A DNA stretch of 64,000 nucleotides. It comes from Vermamoeba vermiformis. Taxonomy: Eukaryota. Position numbers and translations under genes: made by a program. The notes beneath the pieces were generated by a model. The model was given only the letters and a program-made list of their open reading frames with translations. It searched no databases and was not told the origin of the DNA. Of this stretch, positions 38,701 through 52,300 are shown piece after piece. Every line of letters begins with the position of its first letter. Within the stretch, counting starts at the first letter, position 1. Location: the NCBI GenBank assembly GCA_045837725.1, contig JBEWZL010000282.1, positions 124,001 to 188,000 on the forward strand. Reading direction: 5' to 3'.

Positions 38701-41700
38701 ACTTGAACGATCCTTCAAAGAACACAATCTCATTGCCAAGAGTGGAGACTGATGATGGTGCAACGAGTGAAAGAGCTGTGATCGAACGTATTGGTTATGA
38801 GTGGAGCAGTATTCGAAGACTTACCAGGACATTGAGCAGTCGCTGTTGCTTTGTTGGTGCAACTTGTTGCTCCTGTGGTGGCACAAGAGATTGATGACTG
38901 ACACCAGAAGCACTCTGGATGAAGTGCATTCAAGCACGTGCTGCATTGTGTCTCGGAGCAGTCTGTGAAAGACATCCAAGTTAGTACACAGCTCGTAATG
39001 GCCGAGGACGTCAAAAAATATACCGTAGATCTCAATTGCGTAGTCAGGAGTGATGCGATTGCCATTGTTGTCCCAAATACTCAGCTTGTGTGTTCCTGCT
39101 GTTAAGCTCGTAGGAACTGTGCACGTTATTTCTGTGGCATTAACGACAGTGCTCGTTGGTGAGAACACAGAGGCTGATGCACCGACTGGAACGTTCCACG
39201 CACATCGCCATTGTCCTTGAACACCGCTGAATGAGAACTTGCCAAGAACAGTTCTAGCGTTAAAGTATTGTTAGCAAGAACAGCGGTAATAAGCTGGCGG
39301 GGTGCTTTACTTACAAAGTGGTAGTGTCCCTGTCTTTCAGATGGAACCTTGGTGGCGTGACAGACGAGATTCCTATCGCAAGTTAGCTTGTAACAAAGTG
39401 CTAAGTCAAATACATACTGGGACACGAGCCAGAGGTGCTGCAAGTCGCGTTCTTATTGGCCGTGAACACACAAGAGGCTGATTCGAAACAGAAGGTGCAG
39501 TCTTGTTTGCGAGGAACAAGTGCATAAACATCTGTGCACGATGCACAATCGGTCTCGTACACTGTGCAGTCATAGAACATGAAAGCACTTGGCGATGAAG
39601 AAGCGTATGTGTTCGATCCAGCAAGCACTGTGACTTGCGTCTTGAGTTCAAGATTGGTGGTTCTGGAAGAGTTGAATACAGCTTGTGAAATGACAGGAGT
39701 TGTGACAGTGAGTTGTGTGGATGACACTCGTGTTGCTTGCATTGTTGATCCTGCTCCAAAGTTGACAGTGTATGATGCCACTGATGACGATACCACTGGT
39801 GACACTGTGATTGTCACTGTCTTTGCGGAGATAATGCCTGCACTGTCCGGTGTCATTGTCATCGCTGAGGAGGGGTCGTTAGTTAAACAGCAACTTTACG
39901 TAAACGGTACTTACTAGGGCATTGATTGTACCAGTCAGCCGAGCAGCTTGCTTTGCTGGCACACGAAGCAGTTGCATAACACCAGCCACAGTCAGGGTAT
40001 GTGTCTGACACGCATGAAGAGCAGCTTGCGACCGCATTGCACGCTAAGAAAGAGACGTAAGCTTCGTCAACGAAGCAAGTCATTTGGACCCTTACCATAG
40101 TAGTTAAAAGTGACAGAGTTCGGAGCCCAGTAGCCACTTCGATACCTGATCTTCACTTGAACTGCACGATTCGTTTCTATAAGGAATGTGTTACTATCTA
40201 TGTATCACTACAGCAACAACAAAGACTTACTTGGGCTGATCGCAGGAGTGACACATGTCACACTGTTGTATGTCACACTTTGGGCCGAGACTGTTGAAAC
40301 TCCAACGAACTCGCATTGAACATCTGATGCTGAGATCACTTGGCCGTTGAGAAGATACGAACTCAGTACGTTCACTGAAGTTCCTCCGTCTGCTGTTCCG
40401 CGATCGGGAGTGACGGAGTCGAGTGTTGGGCACGTATAACCGGTCTGCATCCAATCATTAACAGAGCACGAGCCAGAGTCTGTGCAGGTTCGCGATGATT
40501 GACAAAAACCGCTGATAGAACGTTAGGCTTTCAGTATCGTTAGCGGATAGGACTTACCAATAGGTCGAGTCCAAACTGCAGCTGGAGCAATCGAGCGTAC
40601 CACAATCTAAGAGACATTAGGCGACTAGCTTAACAAATAACAACACTTACCAAACATCTTTATGGCTCTGTAAGCTCCGTTGCTCGAGGGAAAGTACATC
40701 GTGTTGCCCGAGCTGAAACCGAGACCCAATTGGCCGATAGACGCTACGGGGCCAACGACTGAGAGGAGGCGATTTAGTACCTATTTAATACTGTTACATA
40801 AACACTACGTACCAAAGTAAGCGATGCTGCTCCATGAAGACAGCTGAACACGGAACACAGTTGTGTTAGAGAAGGTAGTGCCGCTAACGAAGAGAACTTG
40901 ATTCACAGAATCTACGAGCGAAAAGATTATGTCAGTCATAAGCCCGGCACCTGTAACATATATAATAGTAAGGTTACCAAAAACGGCACCAGTGAAGACC
41001 GTGTCAGGTTCCAAATATAGCCCTGTCAAAGAAAGCATGGTGGACGAAGCGGTAGTAAATGACACCTCGGACACAATTCCCGAGTCTGAAATGAGAATTG
41101 TGTTTCGCTTAACGGGATTATAGACCGCGTAGTTTTGCTAATAAAAAAGATTTAATTTTAATACTGCAAGTTTTTCCGTTTTTCAACTTACATTCCACGC
41201 GCCGAGTTTGCGAAATGAGGCGGTGTTAGCATCGGCGTTGCCTTTAACGCTAATAAGCCAGCCATCTCCACAAGAGAAAATAACCTGAAAAAGGTTAATC
41301 AGATCTGGTTTGCCAAGTTCTATTTTTACCTTGTCATTTTGGGTATCGTATACGACAGAAAACAATCGGTAAACGTTAGTATCACTCTGGCTTTGCTTTG
41401 GTACGATAGAGTTGCAGACTGGGGTTCCAGTTGCACCGTAGCAGAAAATAACTAGGGGACCCGACGCGATCCAAAGATAATCTCGCGAAGAATCGTAAGC
41501 GCAATTCTTGATCAAGTTAGTAATTATACAATTGTAGTGAGTAGACGTACGGGGACCAAAGGATAGTTATAGCTTGCCGTTCCCATTGACCAAGTGCCAG
41601 ATCCGGTTGCGGTAGCACCGCCAGCTGTCAACGTGTACGAGAAAAATTTCAGATTGCTAGTGATGACGACCACTACGAATATATAGTTTCATTATTAATA

Positions 41701-42230
41701 ACGTGTCACAAGCACGTGCTCAATTAATTCAAATTCAATCGTAAAATCAAAAAGGGGACTCATTGATAATATTTGCAAACCGCATTGTAACTTACGCTTA
41801 GCTTGACTCGACGATGTTTGGGCAATCGACATGCCAGTAATTTGACCACTTGTGGCGAGCTTGATAAACTGACTGAAGCCCGCAGATGGATTTGACGACT
41901 AAATGTTTTTTTTGTGGCCGTTATTACGAATCAATAATTGATATTAAATCAATATTTTTGCTTACTCTCACAATATTGCTGTCTCCTCCAATAAGATAAT
42001 ATGTAGTTCCTGAGATTGTGTAAGTTGCTGTTGCGGTAAGCGATCCGATTCCTGGATTAGCTGTTCCAACGTTCTAACGGTCATAAAATAGGTCAAAACT
42101 TTGTATAGTTAACGATAACGGAGCATTTAATGCAGTGACGTACCGCCATCCCGAGAGTCTGGCCCAATGTCAAAGTGACATAGCAGGTGACAAAAAGAAA
42201 GCCGAGTAGATTCGGTCGCCAAATCTTCAT
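35751..42230 (-). CDS. Plexin-like receptor RasGAP, copy 1 (SP, propeller-like head, [PSI-IPT]x6, PSI, TM, RasGAP)
   Basis: Signal peptide MKIWRPNLLGFLFVTCYVTLTLG/QTLGM. PSI motifs such as CSSCVSDTYPDCGWC. IPT motifs such as DSVTPDRGTADGGTSV and VVPDHGYIGGGETV. TM GVIAGSIVGAVVLAGAIVFAVLF followed by RWQRKRK. RasGAP motifs ENTLFRMNS, SGLLFLRFITPALTAP and KVLQNLAN. Confidence 0.9.
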
Positions 42231-42566
42231 CGGTGGTGCTTTCGTGTTTGTTGATTCAAAAAAATAAATAAACTGTTCGATTTGTTAAAAATGACATAAA
42301 ACGAAAAAATTTGCACAATGTGACACGTTATCAGGGAACGATCTGCATCTAGATCTGGATCCGAATAAATGTGTCAAATTAAAAACTTTCGATAGTGCAT
42401 AACAATGCATTGTTAATAATATCCAGTAGCAAATTCCGATTTGAAATTTTGAAGTATTGCATTTACCACGGTAAATAACGTTGCGAATCCAGTTCCAGAG
42501 TCGCGTTCTAAAAATACATCTAGACTAATCCTATGTGCCTTCCGCGTTAGCCATCATTGCGGTTGC

Positions 42567-45500
42567 TTAGCCCTTGGAAGCTTCGAGGTTCTTTTCCTTT
42601 CCTTTCTTGGGAGGCTCACCATACTTGGCAATAATATCGTTCAGCAAGCTGGTCATTGCTTGAGCTCGTTCTTCATCAGGCAAGCTTTGAAGCGCTGTTC
42701 GAAGTTTGGCTTCGTTTCTCACAATGTGAGTGTGCATCATTGCCAAACTGTTCAATCTGACATTCTCTGGAACAGAAAGCTCGAGTTTCATTTTCTGATT
42801 GAATGGTGTTGCTGGATTGAGAAGTGCAGCGTAAAGCTGTTTGATCTTGGGGATGTTGCGTTGCATGAAATCTTCGAAGTTTGTCATGAACTGTTCTTTG
42901 GCACCGAGTGTTGTCATATTGGCAAGATTCTGAAGTACTTTGCCAATCAGAACAAGTTGACGTTGTGCAACGGTATTAGGAGGATTGGGAAGAAGACCAT
43001 AGTAGTGAGGAGCGGTCAGCGCAGGAGTGATGAATCGAAGGAACAACAAGCCTCCGACTGCCTTCATGACAGCGTCATCAGAGCCGTACTTGTCCATGAT
43101 CGAGTAAGATATGCGTTGGAAGATCTGTCTGAACTCCATTGGCACTTTGTCACTGCCTGTTTTGATGACACTGAAGATCTTTTGACATGCTGCTGCAAGT
43201 TGGAACACGTTCTGATCGATATCAATGTTTGCATCTTTGATCTTTGATGGATCGACTTCCATCTCAAAGTTGAGAAGTGATGCTTTTTTGTCCTCGTCAT
43301 CATTTTGCTTTTCAGCAGCTTCAGCAGCGTTCTGAGCGACAGTGTTGAGTTCATTGATGACAAGAGCAAGAGTGAAGTACAAGTACTTTGTGCCAACTAC
43401 AAACGTGTCAGATCATGTCAAAAGTATGCAACTCGCAAAGAACTTACCGAGCTTTGAGTAGAACTTGAACATCTTGCTGCTCACTGAGTTCATTCTGAAC
43501 AGAGTGTTTTCTGTTGCTGAGGCGACAATTTCTTGAGTGGCAAAGAATTGGATCAGTTCAGCAGCACTTCCACGTGAGTGAGCCAAGTACACGCATGCCT
43601 TTGCGACTGGGTCAGTCTCAGTGGGTGCCGTGACAGAGAAGATGGTATTAAGGAAGGTCTTGTCTCTGTTTAACAAGATCTCTTCGAGCTCCCTGAAGTA
43701 AACATTGTTAGAGACGGACACGTGCCTTCAATCATTAACTAATACGCACTTGTAGTTGTCACGAGCATCGACTTTGTAGAGCAGTGAGAGGTCTCCTTGG
43801 TAAGCGACTTGCTCGTAGTCGGGTTCACTGATTTGTACGAGAAGTCCTTGTTTCTTCTTGCGTTGATAACGAACGAACAACACTGCGAACGCGATGGCAC
43901 CAGCAAGCACAACAGCACCAACAATCGTTCCGGCTACAACTCCCGCTAGACTGAACGCGCCTGCGCAGCTATCTGCTGAGAACTCTCCGCTGCATTGTGA
44001 CGAGACTGAGCATGTTTGTGCTGAGTTGACATTGCACCAGCCACATCCTTGCTTAGCAACGCATGCGTCGCAGGTAGTAATCGACGCGCAGTCAACGAAA
44101 ATGAATGTCTGGGGAGTTGTCAATGGTGTCGATGAAAAGTCAACAGTAAAGTCGAGTTGTCCTTCAACTGCAATTTTTGGAAGCTCACATTGAAGTGATG
44201 TGAAGTCATCTGAAGGTTGTGCAAGCACTGGTGACACTCCTTCGAATGAGCAGTAGAATGCATTGGATGAGGTCTGAAGCAATGACATGATGTCACGTTT
44301 CGCTGTGATCTCACTTGTGTTCGTCGTGCCAGTGAGAAGAGCAATTAGCTGTTCGTTCGATGACAACGGAGGATCAACAGCAATGGTGATGTTCTCGACG
44401 ATGCCGAGCTGGAAGTCGGACTGGCTTGGGGTGGCCGCTAAATAAGTGTTAGTGATGAGCTTGTTTGACCGAAGCACAACTTACCGAAACATTTATCGAG
44501 GAAAATATCAGTAGCATCTGAGCATTTAGATTGTGGGTGCTAAGTACGTATTAATGTTAGTAAGATTCGGCAAGTGCATGGAGACACGTACGCAAGCTGA
44601 CTTTGTCGCACACCAACCACAGAATCGTTGTTGCAAGCATTGATCTGAGCATGATTTGTCACCGAGCGTCAAGCAGTCTGATGAATAAATACATTGATTA
44701 GATCATGCGTAAGGGAGAGGCAGTGTGAGCGTACCGTAGAATAAGAAGCTGAGTGAGTCCCAAGGAATGTACGGTTGTGCTCCAACGTTGACACTCAGTG
44801 ACACGTTGCCGATGAGGTTTCCACGGAGAGGTGTCGTGCACGTCAAAGAGTTTCCTATAGCACTATTAGCCCATTTCTTGCGGCCACGCCAATGACTTAC
44901 CGTCACCAGAAGGAGTGCCGGGACCAGCGTCAGTTGAGAAGACGCAAGAGTAAATGAGATCTTCACCTGAGTCACCTTTTGAGGGGAACGGGCCACCATA
45001 TACAACCACTGTCTCGCCTCCACCAATGTAGCCGTGATCGGGAACGACGTAGCTCAATGCTAAGAAATAGGTGTGAAAACAGCTCTAAGTATAGAGAAGA
45101 CCTATTAATCCTTACAAGGGCAAGTCGTAACCTCAGATTGGCATGAGAAGCCACACGAGCCAGTTGCACACCATTTGCACATTGGTCGAGACACTGACAA
45201 GCACTCGAGACAGTTGCCTTTCACTTGTGTGCAATCTGATAAACATAACGTTAGGACTTGACTCTGACAACATCAGTTATGATTGCCACGTACCGTAGAA
45301 CTCAAACGGAAGTGAGTCAGTGTACTTATTGCCGTTCACTGCAATGTACACAAAGGTGTCATTGGTTCCTGATTGATAGCCTGTTGGAGTAAGGCACGCA
45401 ATGCCAGTTTCTGTAACGTTCGTAGCTACGACTCGAGTGGTTGTGTTCTGGACGAACGCGCACTCCACCGTGTTCACTCCCGTCGATTGATTGAACTTGA

Positions 45501-48500
45501 ACGATCCTTCAAAGAACACAATCTCATTGCCAAGAGTGGAGACTGATGATGGTGCAACGAGTGACAAAGCTGGGATCGAATGTATTAGCGACAAGTCGTG
45601 CATTATTCGGACAAAGACGTACCAGGGCATTGAGCAGTCACTGTTGCTTTGTTGGTGCATGTTGTGGCTCCTGTGGTGGCACAAGAGATTGATGACTGAC
45701 ACCAAAAGCACTCTGGATGAAGTGCATTCAAGCACGTGCTGCATTGCGTCTCGGAACAGTCTGTGAAACATATCCAAGTTAGAACTCAGCTCGCAATGAC
45801 CGAGGACATTAAAAATATTACCGTAGATCTCAATTGCGTAGTCAGGGGTGATGCGATTGCCATTGTTGTCCCAGATGCTCAGCTTGTGTGTTCCTGCAGT
45901 TAAGCTCGTAGGAATTGTGCACGTTATTTCAGTGGCATTAATGACAGTGCTCGTTGGTGAGAACACAGAGGCTGATGCACCGACTGGAACATTCCACGCA
46001 CATCGCCATTGTCCTTGAACACCGCTGAATGAGAACTTGCCAAGGACAGTTCTAGCATTAAAGTATCGTTAGTTGCTGTAAAAAACAACAATGACTTACA
46101 AAGTGGTGGTATCTCGGTTGTTAAGGTGGAACGAAGGCGGTGTGACGCTCGATATTCCTGGGAAGTAAGCGTCAGGTACAGCAAATCGCCGCTTGTAGCA
46201 TATACATACTTGGACACGAGCCAGAGGTACTGCATGCGACAGGTTTGTTGGCTGTGAACACACAAGAGGCTGAGTCGAAACAGAACGTGCAATCTTGTTT
46301 GCGAGGAACAAGTGCATAAACATCTGTGCACGATGCACAATCGGTCTCGTACACTGTGCAATCATAGAACATGAAGGCACTTGGCGATGAAGTAGCGTAT
46401 GTGTTCGATCCAGCAAGTACTGTGACTTGTGTATTCAATTCAAGACTTGTCAATCTAGAAGAATTGAATACAGCTTGTGAGATGACAGGAGTTGTGACAG
46501 TGAGTTGTGTGGATGACACTCGTGTTGCTTGCATTGTTGATCCTGCGCCAAAGTTGACAGTGTATGATGCCACTGATGATGATACCACTGGTGACACTGT
46601 GATTGTCACTGTCTTTGCGGAGATGATGCCTGCACTGTCAGGTGACAGCGTCAATGAAGGACATTGTTGGTACCAGTCTGCTGCGCATCCCAATCTGCTC
46701 GAGCACGAAGCAGTTGCATAACACCATCCACAGTCAGGATATGTGTCCGACACGCACGAAGAGCAGCTACTAACAGCGTTGCAAGCTGACAAACATGTGA
46801 GTGAGTTGAAGGTTCTTCAATTCGTTGCTTACCGTAGTAGTTGAAAGTGACACTGTTTGGTGCCCAGTAGCCACTTCGATATTTGATCTTCACATCAACT
46901 GCACGATTTGTCTCTATTACCACGCGTTAGTATCTCATGTGGTCATACAGATGTATATAACAAGGACTTACTTGGGCTGATTGCAGGAGTGACACATGTC
47001 ACACTGTTGTACGTGACACTTTGGGCAGGAACTGTGGACACTCCAACGAACTCGCACTGCACGTCTGATGCTGAGATCGGTACACCGTTGAGCAGATAAG
47101 AGCTTAGAATGTTCACCGTAGTTCCTCCGTCAGCTGTTCCACGGTTCGGAGTGACGGAGTCAAGTGTTGGGCACGTGTAACCGGTCTGCATCCAATCATT
47201 AACAGAGCACGAGCCAGAGTCTGTGCACGTGCGTGATGATTGACAGAAGCCACTATTGACCATTAGCACCGTATAATACAAACACCTTTAACGTACCAAT
47301 AAGTGGAATCGAGAACACAAGTTGTACAGTCTGCTTGGCTGCAGTCTACATTACGTTAGTAATGCACGTGCCTCAGTAAAGAAATAAACTTACCGAACAT
47401 TTTTACAGCTCGGATAGTGCCGTTAGACGAAGGATAGATGAGGTTAATTGAGGAGATCAAACCATTGCCGAGTTGACCAATGGTCGAGACAGGGCCAAGA
47501 ACTGTAATTGTGTTGGTTAGTTAAAAGTACACGGTTGTCTTCTAACACTTACTGAGAGATGCAATCCGAGTCCAAGACGCGGTCTGTACTCTAAATACGG
47601 AGGTGTTGGTGTTCGACACGGTGCCGCTAACAAACAGCACTTGTTTGGACGCATCTAACGCTATGTTAGCGATCTGGTGTTAATTTTTGAGGTTAATTAC
47701 GTACCAAATATAGCACCGGTGAATGACGCGTCGGGTTCTAAATAAATTCCTGATAGTGTTAACGAACCAGTACCACTAACATATGAAACCTGTAGAAGGC
47801 TTAGAACGCAGATCCAAAAATAATAATTATTTTTTTAATTAATTACCTCTGACACTATTCCTGCGTCGGAGACAAACATGGTTGTCTTCTTGGTTGGATT
47901 ATAAATTCCATTATTTTGCTAAAAATAATAAATATTATTTGCGACTCATACGGAAATTTGTTTCAACATACATTCCACGCGCCGAGTTTCTTTGCGGTTC
48001 CTGCATCGTCTAATGTTTCACTTCCAGATCTAAAGAAAACAATGTACCCGTCTGTGCATCCAAAGATGACCTGACGAAGACTGTTAGGAAATAAAAATGT
48101 TGCGCGATCGGGCCTTACCAAATTATTGCCATTGTCGATAACCACAGAAAGAGGCTTTGGGTTTGCATAATTGTACCAAAACTGTTTTTTCTTGACGTCG
48201 GTGTTAGAGGTCGTAAATATCTGTTTGATAGACAAAGCATTGATGTTAACAGTAAACCAGACGTAATCCGTTCCCAGATCGTACACGCACTAATATTGGT
48301 TAGCTAGCTGCTACATATATGATATAGTCACTTACTTGTGCAGCGGCGTTGAACCCATTAGACCAGTCGGGGTAAAATGTAATCGTTTTAAAGATCGAGT
48401 AAGACGTTCCCGATAAGTTAATCGCGTAAACAATATTTGCCGACGTGCACACGATCACTAATGATAAAAATGTTAGTCAGATCAAGTATAATTAATAAAA

Positions 48501-49006
48501 AGCGCTTTTGGCTAGTAGTAGACCGAGGGACTGGTCCCCTCACGGGAAATTTCAACAATCGGTCTACTTACGCCTTGCTTGGGTATCCGAAGTCTGAGCC
48601 ACCGACATGCTCGTCACTTTGTTGCCAGAGCTGAAACTGATAAAAGTCGTGTACGCGCCGAGAGGATCAGATGTAGATGACTATAAATAATTAACCGTAT
48701 ATCAACAAATATACATAAATCAAGATTAAAAATATGTTCACGTACTCGGTATACTTTATTATCACCTCCGAAAAGGTAATAAGTTACTCCTGAAACTGTG
48801 TAAGAAACTGGCGAAGAGATCGACGACGCAGTTTGAAGGCTTTTAGAGCCCACAGCCTGATTAAATTACATGCGCTTAGTGACATATTATATCTTGCCTT
48901 TATCAAATTTACTGAAACTTACGGCCATGCCAAGTGTTTGAGCAGATGCCAGACTGATCAGCGCGGAATAAGCCAACAAGGCGCTAAGGATTAGTACCGG
49001 CTTCAT
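42567..49006 (-). CDS. Plexin-like receptor RasGAP, copy 2
   Basis: Signal peptide MKPVLILSALLAYSALISLASA/QTLGM. Same domain order as copy 1. GAP exon is ORF 42567..43382. Confidence 0.9.
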
Positions 49007-49356
49007 CTTTTATTGCTGACAGTTTGTAATCACAATGAGAAATAAAATTATTCGGCTCCGAACCAATTAATGGGTACATGTCAGTTGTCATAACTGTCAG
49101 CCAAGATCTGAACACAAACAGCGGGCTTACCTTGGTACTTAAGTCTGCTGATTAACCGCTTCACCAAGCTATTATATCCAGCTTACGGCTTCATTTGATT
49201 TGCTTTGCCGATCAAATTTTGGTGGCACGGATTTCCGTCGCAAGATCAACTGTTTTAAACAGTTTATCTGATAAAAATACACGATTCTATTGCAAATATA
49301 ATATAATATAACAGCTTACTGCGTTCAAAGGCGATCGACGCAATCTTTGTATCATT

Positions 49357-52300
49357 CTAGGCCTTGGAGGTCTCGAGGTTCTTTTCCTTTCCTTTCTTGG
49401 GAGGCTCACCGTACTGTACCAACAAGTCATTGAGCATGCCAGTCATCGCTTGAGCTCGTTCTTCATCAGGCAAGCTTTGAAGCGCTGTTCGAAGTTTGGC
49501 TTCATTTCTCACAATGTGAGTGTGCATCATTGCCAAACTGTTCAATCTGACGTTCTCTGGAACAGAAAGCTCGAGTTTCATCTTTTGATTGAACGGTGTT
49601 GCTGGATCAAGGAGAGTGCCGTAGAGTTGCTTCATCTTGGGGATATTACGGTGCATGAAGTCTTCGAAGTTTGTCATGAACTGTTCTTTGGCTCCGAGCG
49701 TGGACATATTAGCCAAGTTTTGCAGCACCTTGCCGATCAGAACGAGTTGACGTTGGGCAACGGTATTAGGAGGTGAGGGCAGCAGACCGTAGTAGTGAGG
49801 AGCAGTCAACGCAGGAGTGATGAATCGAAGGAACAACAAGCCTCCGACTGCCTTCATGACTGCATCTTCAGAGCCATATCGATCCATGATGGAGTAAGAG
49901 ATGCGTTGGAAGATTTGTCTGAACTCCATTGGCACTTTGTCACTGCCTGTCTTGATGACACTGAAGATCTTTTGACATGCTGCTGCAAGTTGGAACACGT
50001 TCTGATCGATATCAATGTTTGCATCCTTGATCTTTGATGGATCGACCTCCATTTCAAAGTTGAGGAGTGATGCTTTCTTGTCATCGTCATCGTTTAACTT
50101 TTCAGCAGCTTCAGCAGCATTCTGAGCGACAGTGTTGAGTTCATTGATGACAAGAGCAAGAGTGAAGTACAAGTACTTTGTGCCCACTACCAATGTGTCA
50201 GAGATACGTTAAAGTATGTCACGCGCAAAGTACTTACCGAGCTTTGAGTAGAATTTGAACATCTTGCTGCTCACTGAGTTCATTCTGAACAGAGTGTTTT
50301 CTGTTGCTGAGGCCATGACCTCTTGAGTGGCAAAGAACTGAATGAGCTCCGCTGCTGTTCCGCGCGAGTGAGCCAAGTACACGCAAGCTTTTGCGACTGG
50401 ATCGGTCTCAGTGGGTGCTGTGATTGCAAAAATCGTGCTCAAGAATGTCTTGTCTCTGTTCAACAAGATCTCTTCGAGCTCCCTGTTTGACGTTGTTAGC
50501 TGACTTTCGGATTAAGACGAGGCACTTACTTGTAGTTGTCACGAGCGTCAATCTTGTATTGTAAAGAAAGGTCTCCTTGGTAAGCAACTTGTTCATAATC
50601 CGGCTCACGGATCTGAATGAGAAGTCCTTGTTTCTTCTTGCGTTGATAACGAACGAACAACACTGCGAACGCGATTGCACCAGCAAGCACAACAGCACCA
50701 ACAATTGATCCTGCAATCACTCCTGGAAGACTGAATGCACCTGAGCAGCTGTCTTGAGTGAACTCTCCGCTGCATTGTGACGAGACTGAGCATGTTTGAA
50801 CCGCATTGACATTGCACCAACCGCATCCTTGCTTTGCAAGACAAGTGTCACATGTGGTAATTGACTCGCAGTCTGTTATCAAATCTAAGAAATTGCTCTG
50901 AGAGCCATTGGTATCGAGATTACTTACCGACAAAGGTGAATGTCTGCGGAGTTGTCAAAGGAGTGTCGGCGAAGTCAACAGTGAAGTCGAGTTGTCCTTC
51001 AACTGCAATTTTTGGAAGTTCACATTGAAGTGATGTGAAGTCATCTGAAGGTTGTGCAAGCACTGGTGACACGCCTTCGAATGAGCAGTAGAATGCATTC
51101 GATGAGGTCTGAAGCAATGACATGATGTCACGTTTCGCTGTGATCTCGCTTGTGTTCGTCGTGCCAGTGAGAAGAGCGATGAGTTGTTCGTTCGATGACA
51201 ATGGAGGATCAACAGCAATGGTGATGTTCTCAACGATGCCGAGCTGGAAGTCTGCTTGACTTGGAGTGACAGCTATTCAAGCTTAGTTAGAATTTACGGT
51301 TTGCCCGAACTATATTAAGCCTTACCAAAACACTTCTCGAGGAAGATATCACTCGGGCCTGAGCACTCAGATTGTGGACGCTTTAAAAAAAAATCGTCAG
51401 AACCGTTGCCAAGTTAAATACAGTAATATCAAACGTACACAAGCTGACTTTGTTGCACACCAGCCGCAGAATCGTTGTTGCAAGCATTGGTTCGAGCATG
51501 ATCTGTCGCTCAATGTCAAGCAGTCTAGATAATCAGATATAGTTAGGACTAACACATTACTATTACAGTATCAGCGTACCGTAGAACAAGAAGCTAAGTG
51601 AGTCCCAAGGAATGTACGGTTGTGCTCCGATATTGATGCTCAACGAGACGTTGCCGATGAGATTGCCACGAAGAGGTGTGGTGCATGTGATGTACGTTCC
51701 TAGTAGTCGTTAGTGTGTTGGCCGAAAAAGTTGTCAAAGCTTACCGTCTTCAGAGGGTGTACCAGGACCAGCGACTGACGAGAAGACGCAAGAGTAAATG
51801 AGGTCTTCACCTGAGTCACCTTTTGACGGGAACGGGCCACCATATACAATCACTGTCTCGCCTCCACCAATATAGCCGTGATCTGGCTCCACATGACTCA
51901 ACGCTGGTATTCCATGTTAGCTATTGACCGTGACAAGATTACTGGATATGTACTTACAAGGACAAGTAGTAACTTCAGATTGGCACGAGAAGCCACACGA
52001 GCCAGTTGCACACCATTTGCACATTGGTCGAGACACTGACAAGCACTCGAGACAGTTGCCTTTCACTTGTGTGCAATCTGATAAAAGACGCTGTTAGGAC
52101 CTGACTTCGACAACATCAGTTCTGATTGCTGCGTACCGTAGAACTCGAACGGAATAGAATTGGTGTACTTGTTGCCGTTCACTGAGACATAGACAAAGGT
52201 ATCATTTGAGCTCGAGTGATGAGTTCCAGCTGGTGATACGCACGTGATTCCAGTGTCGGTGAAATTTGCAGCAGTGACAGTGAAGGTCGTGTTTTGAACG

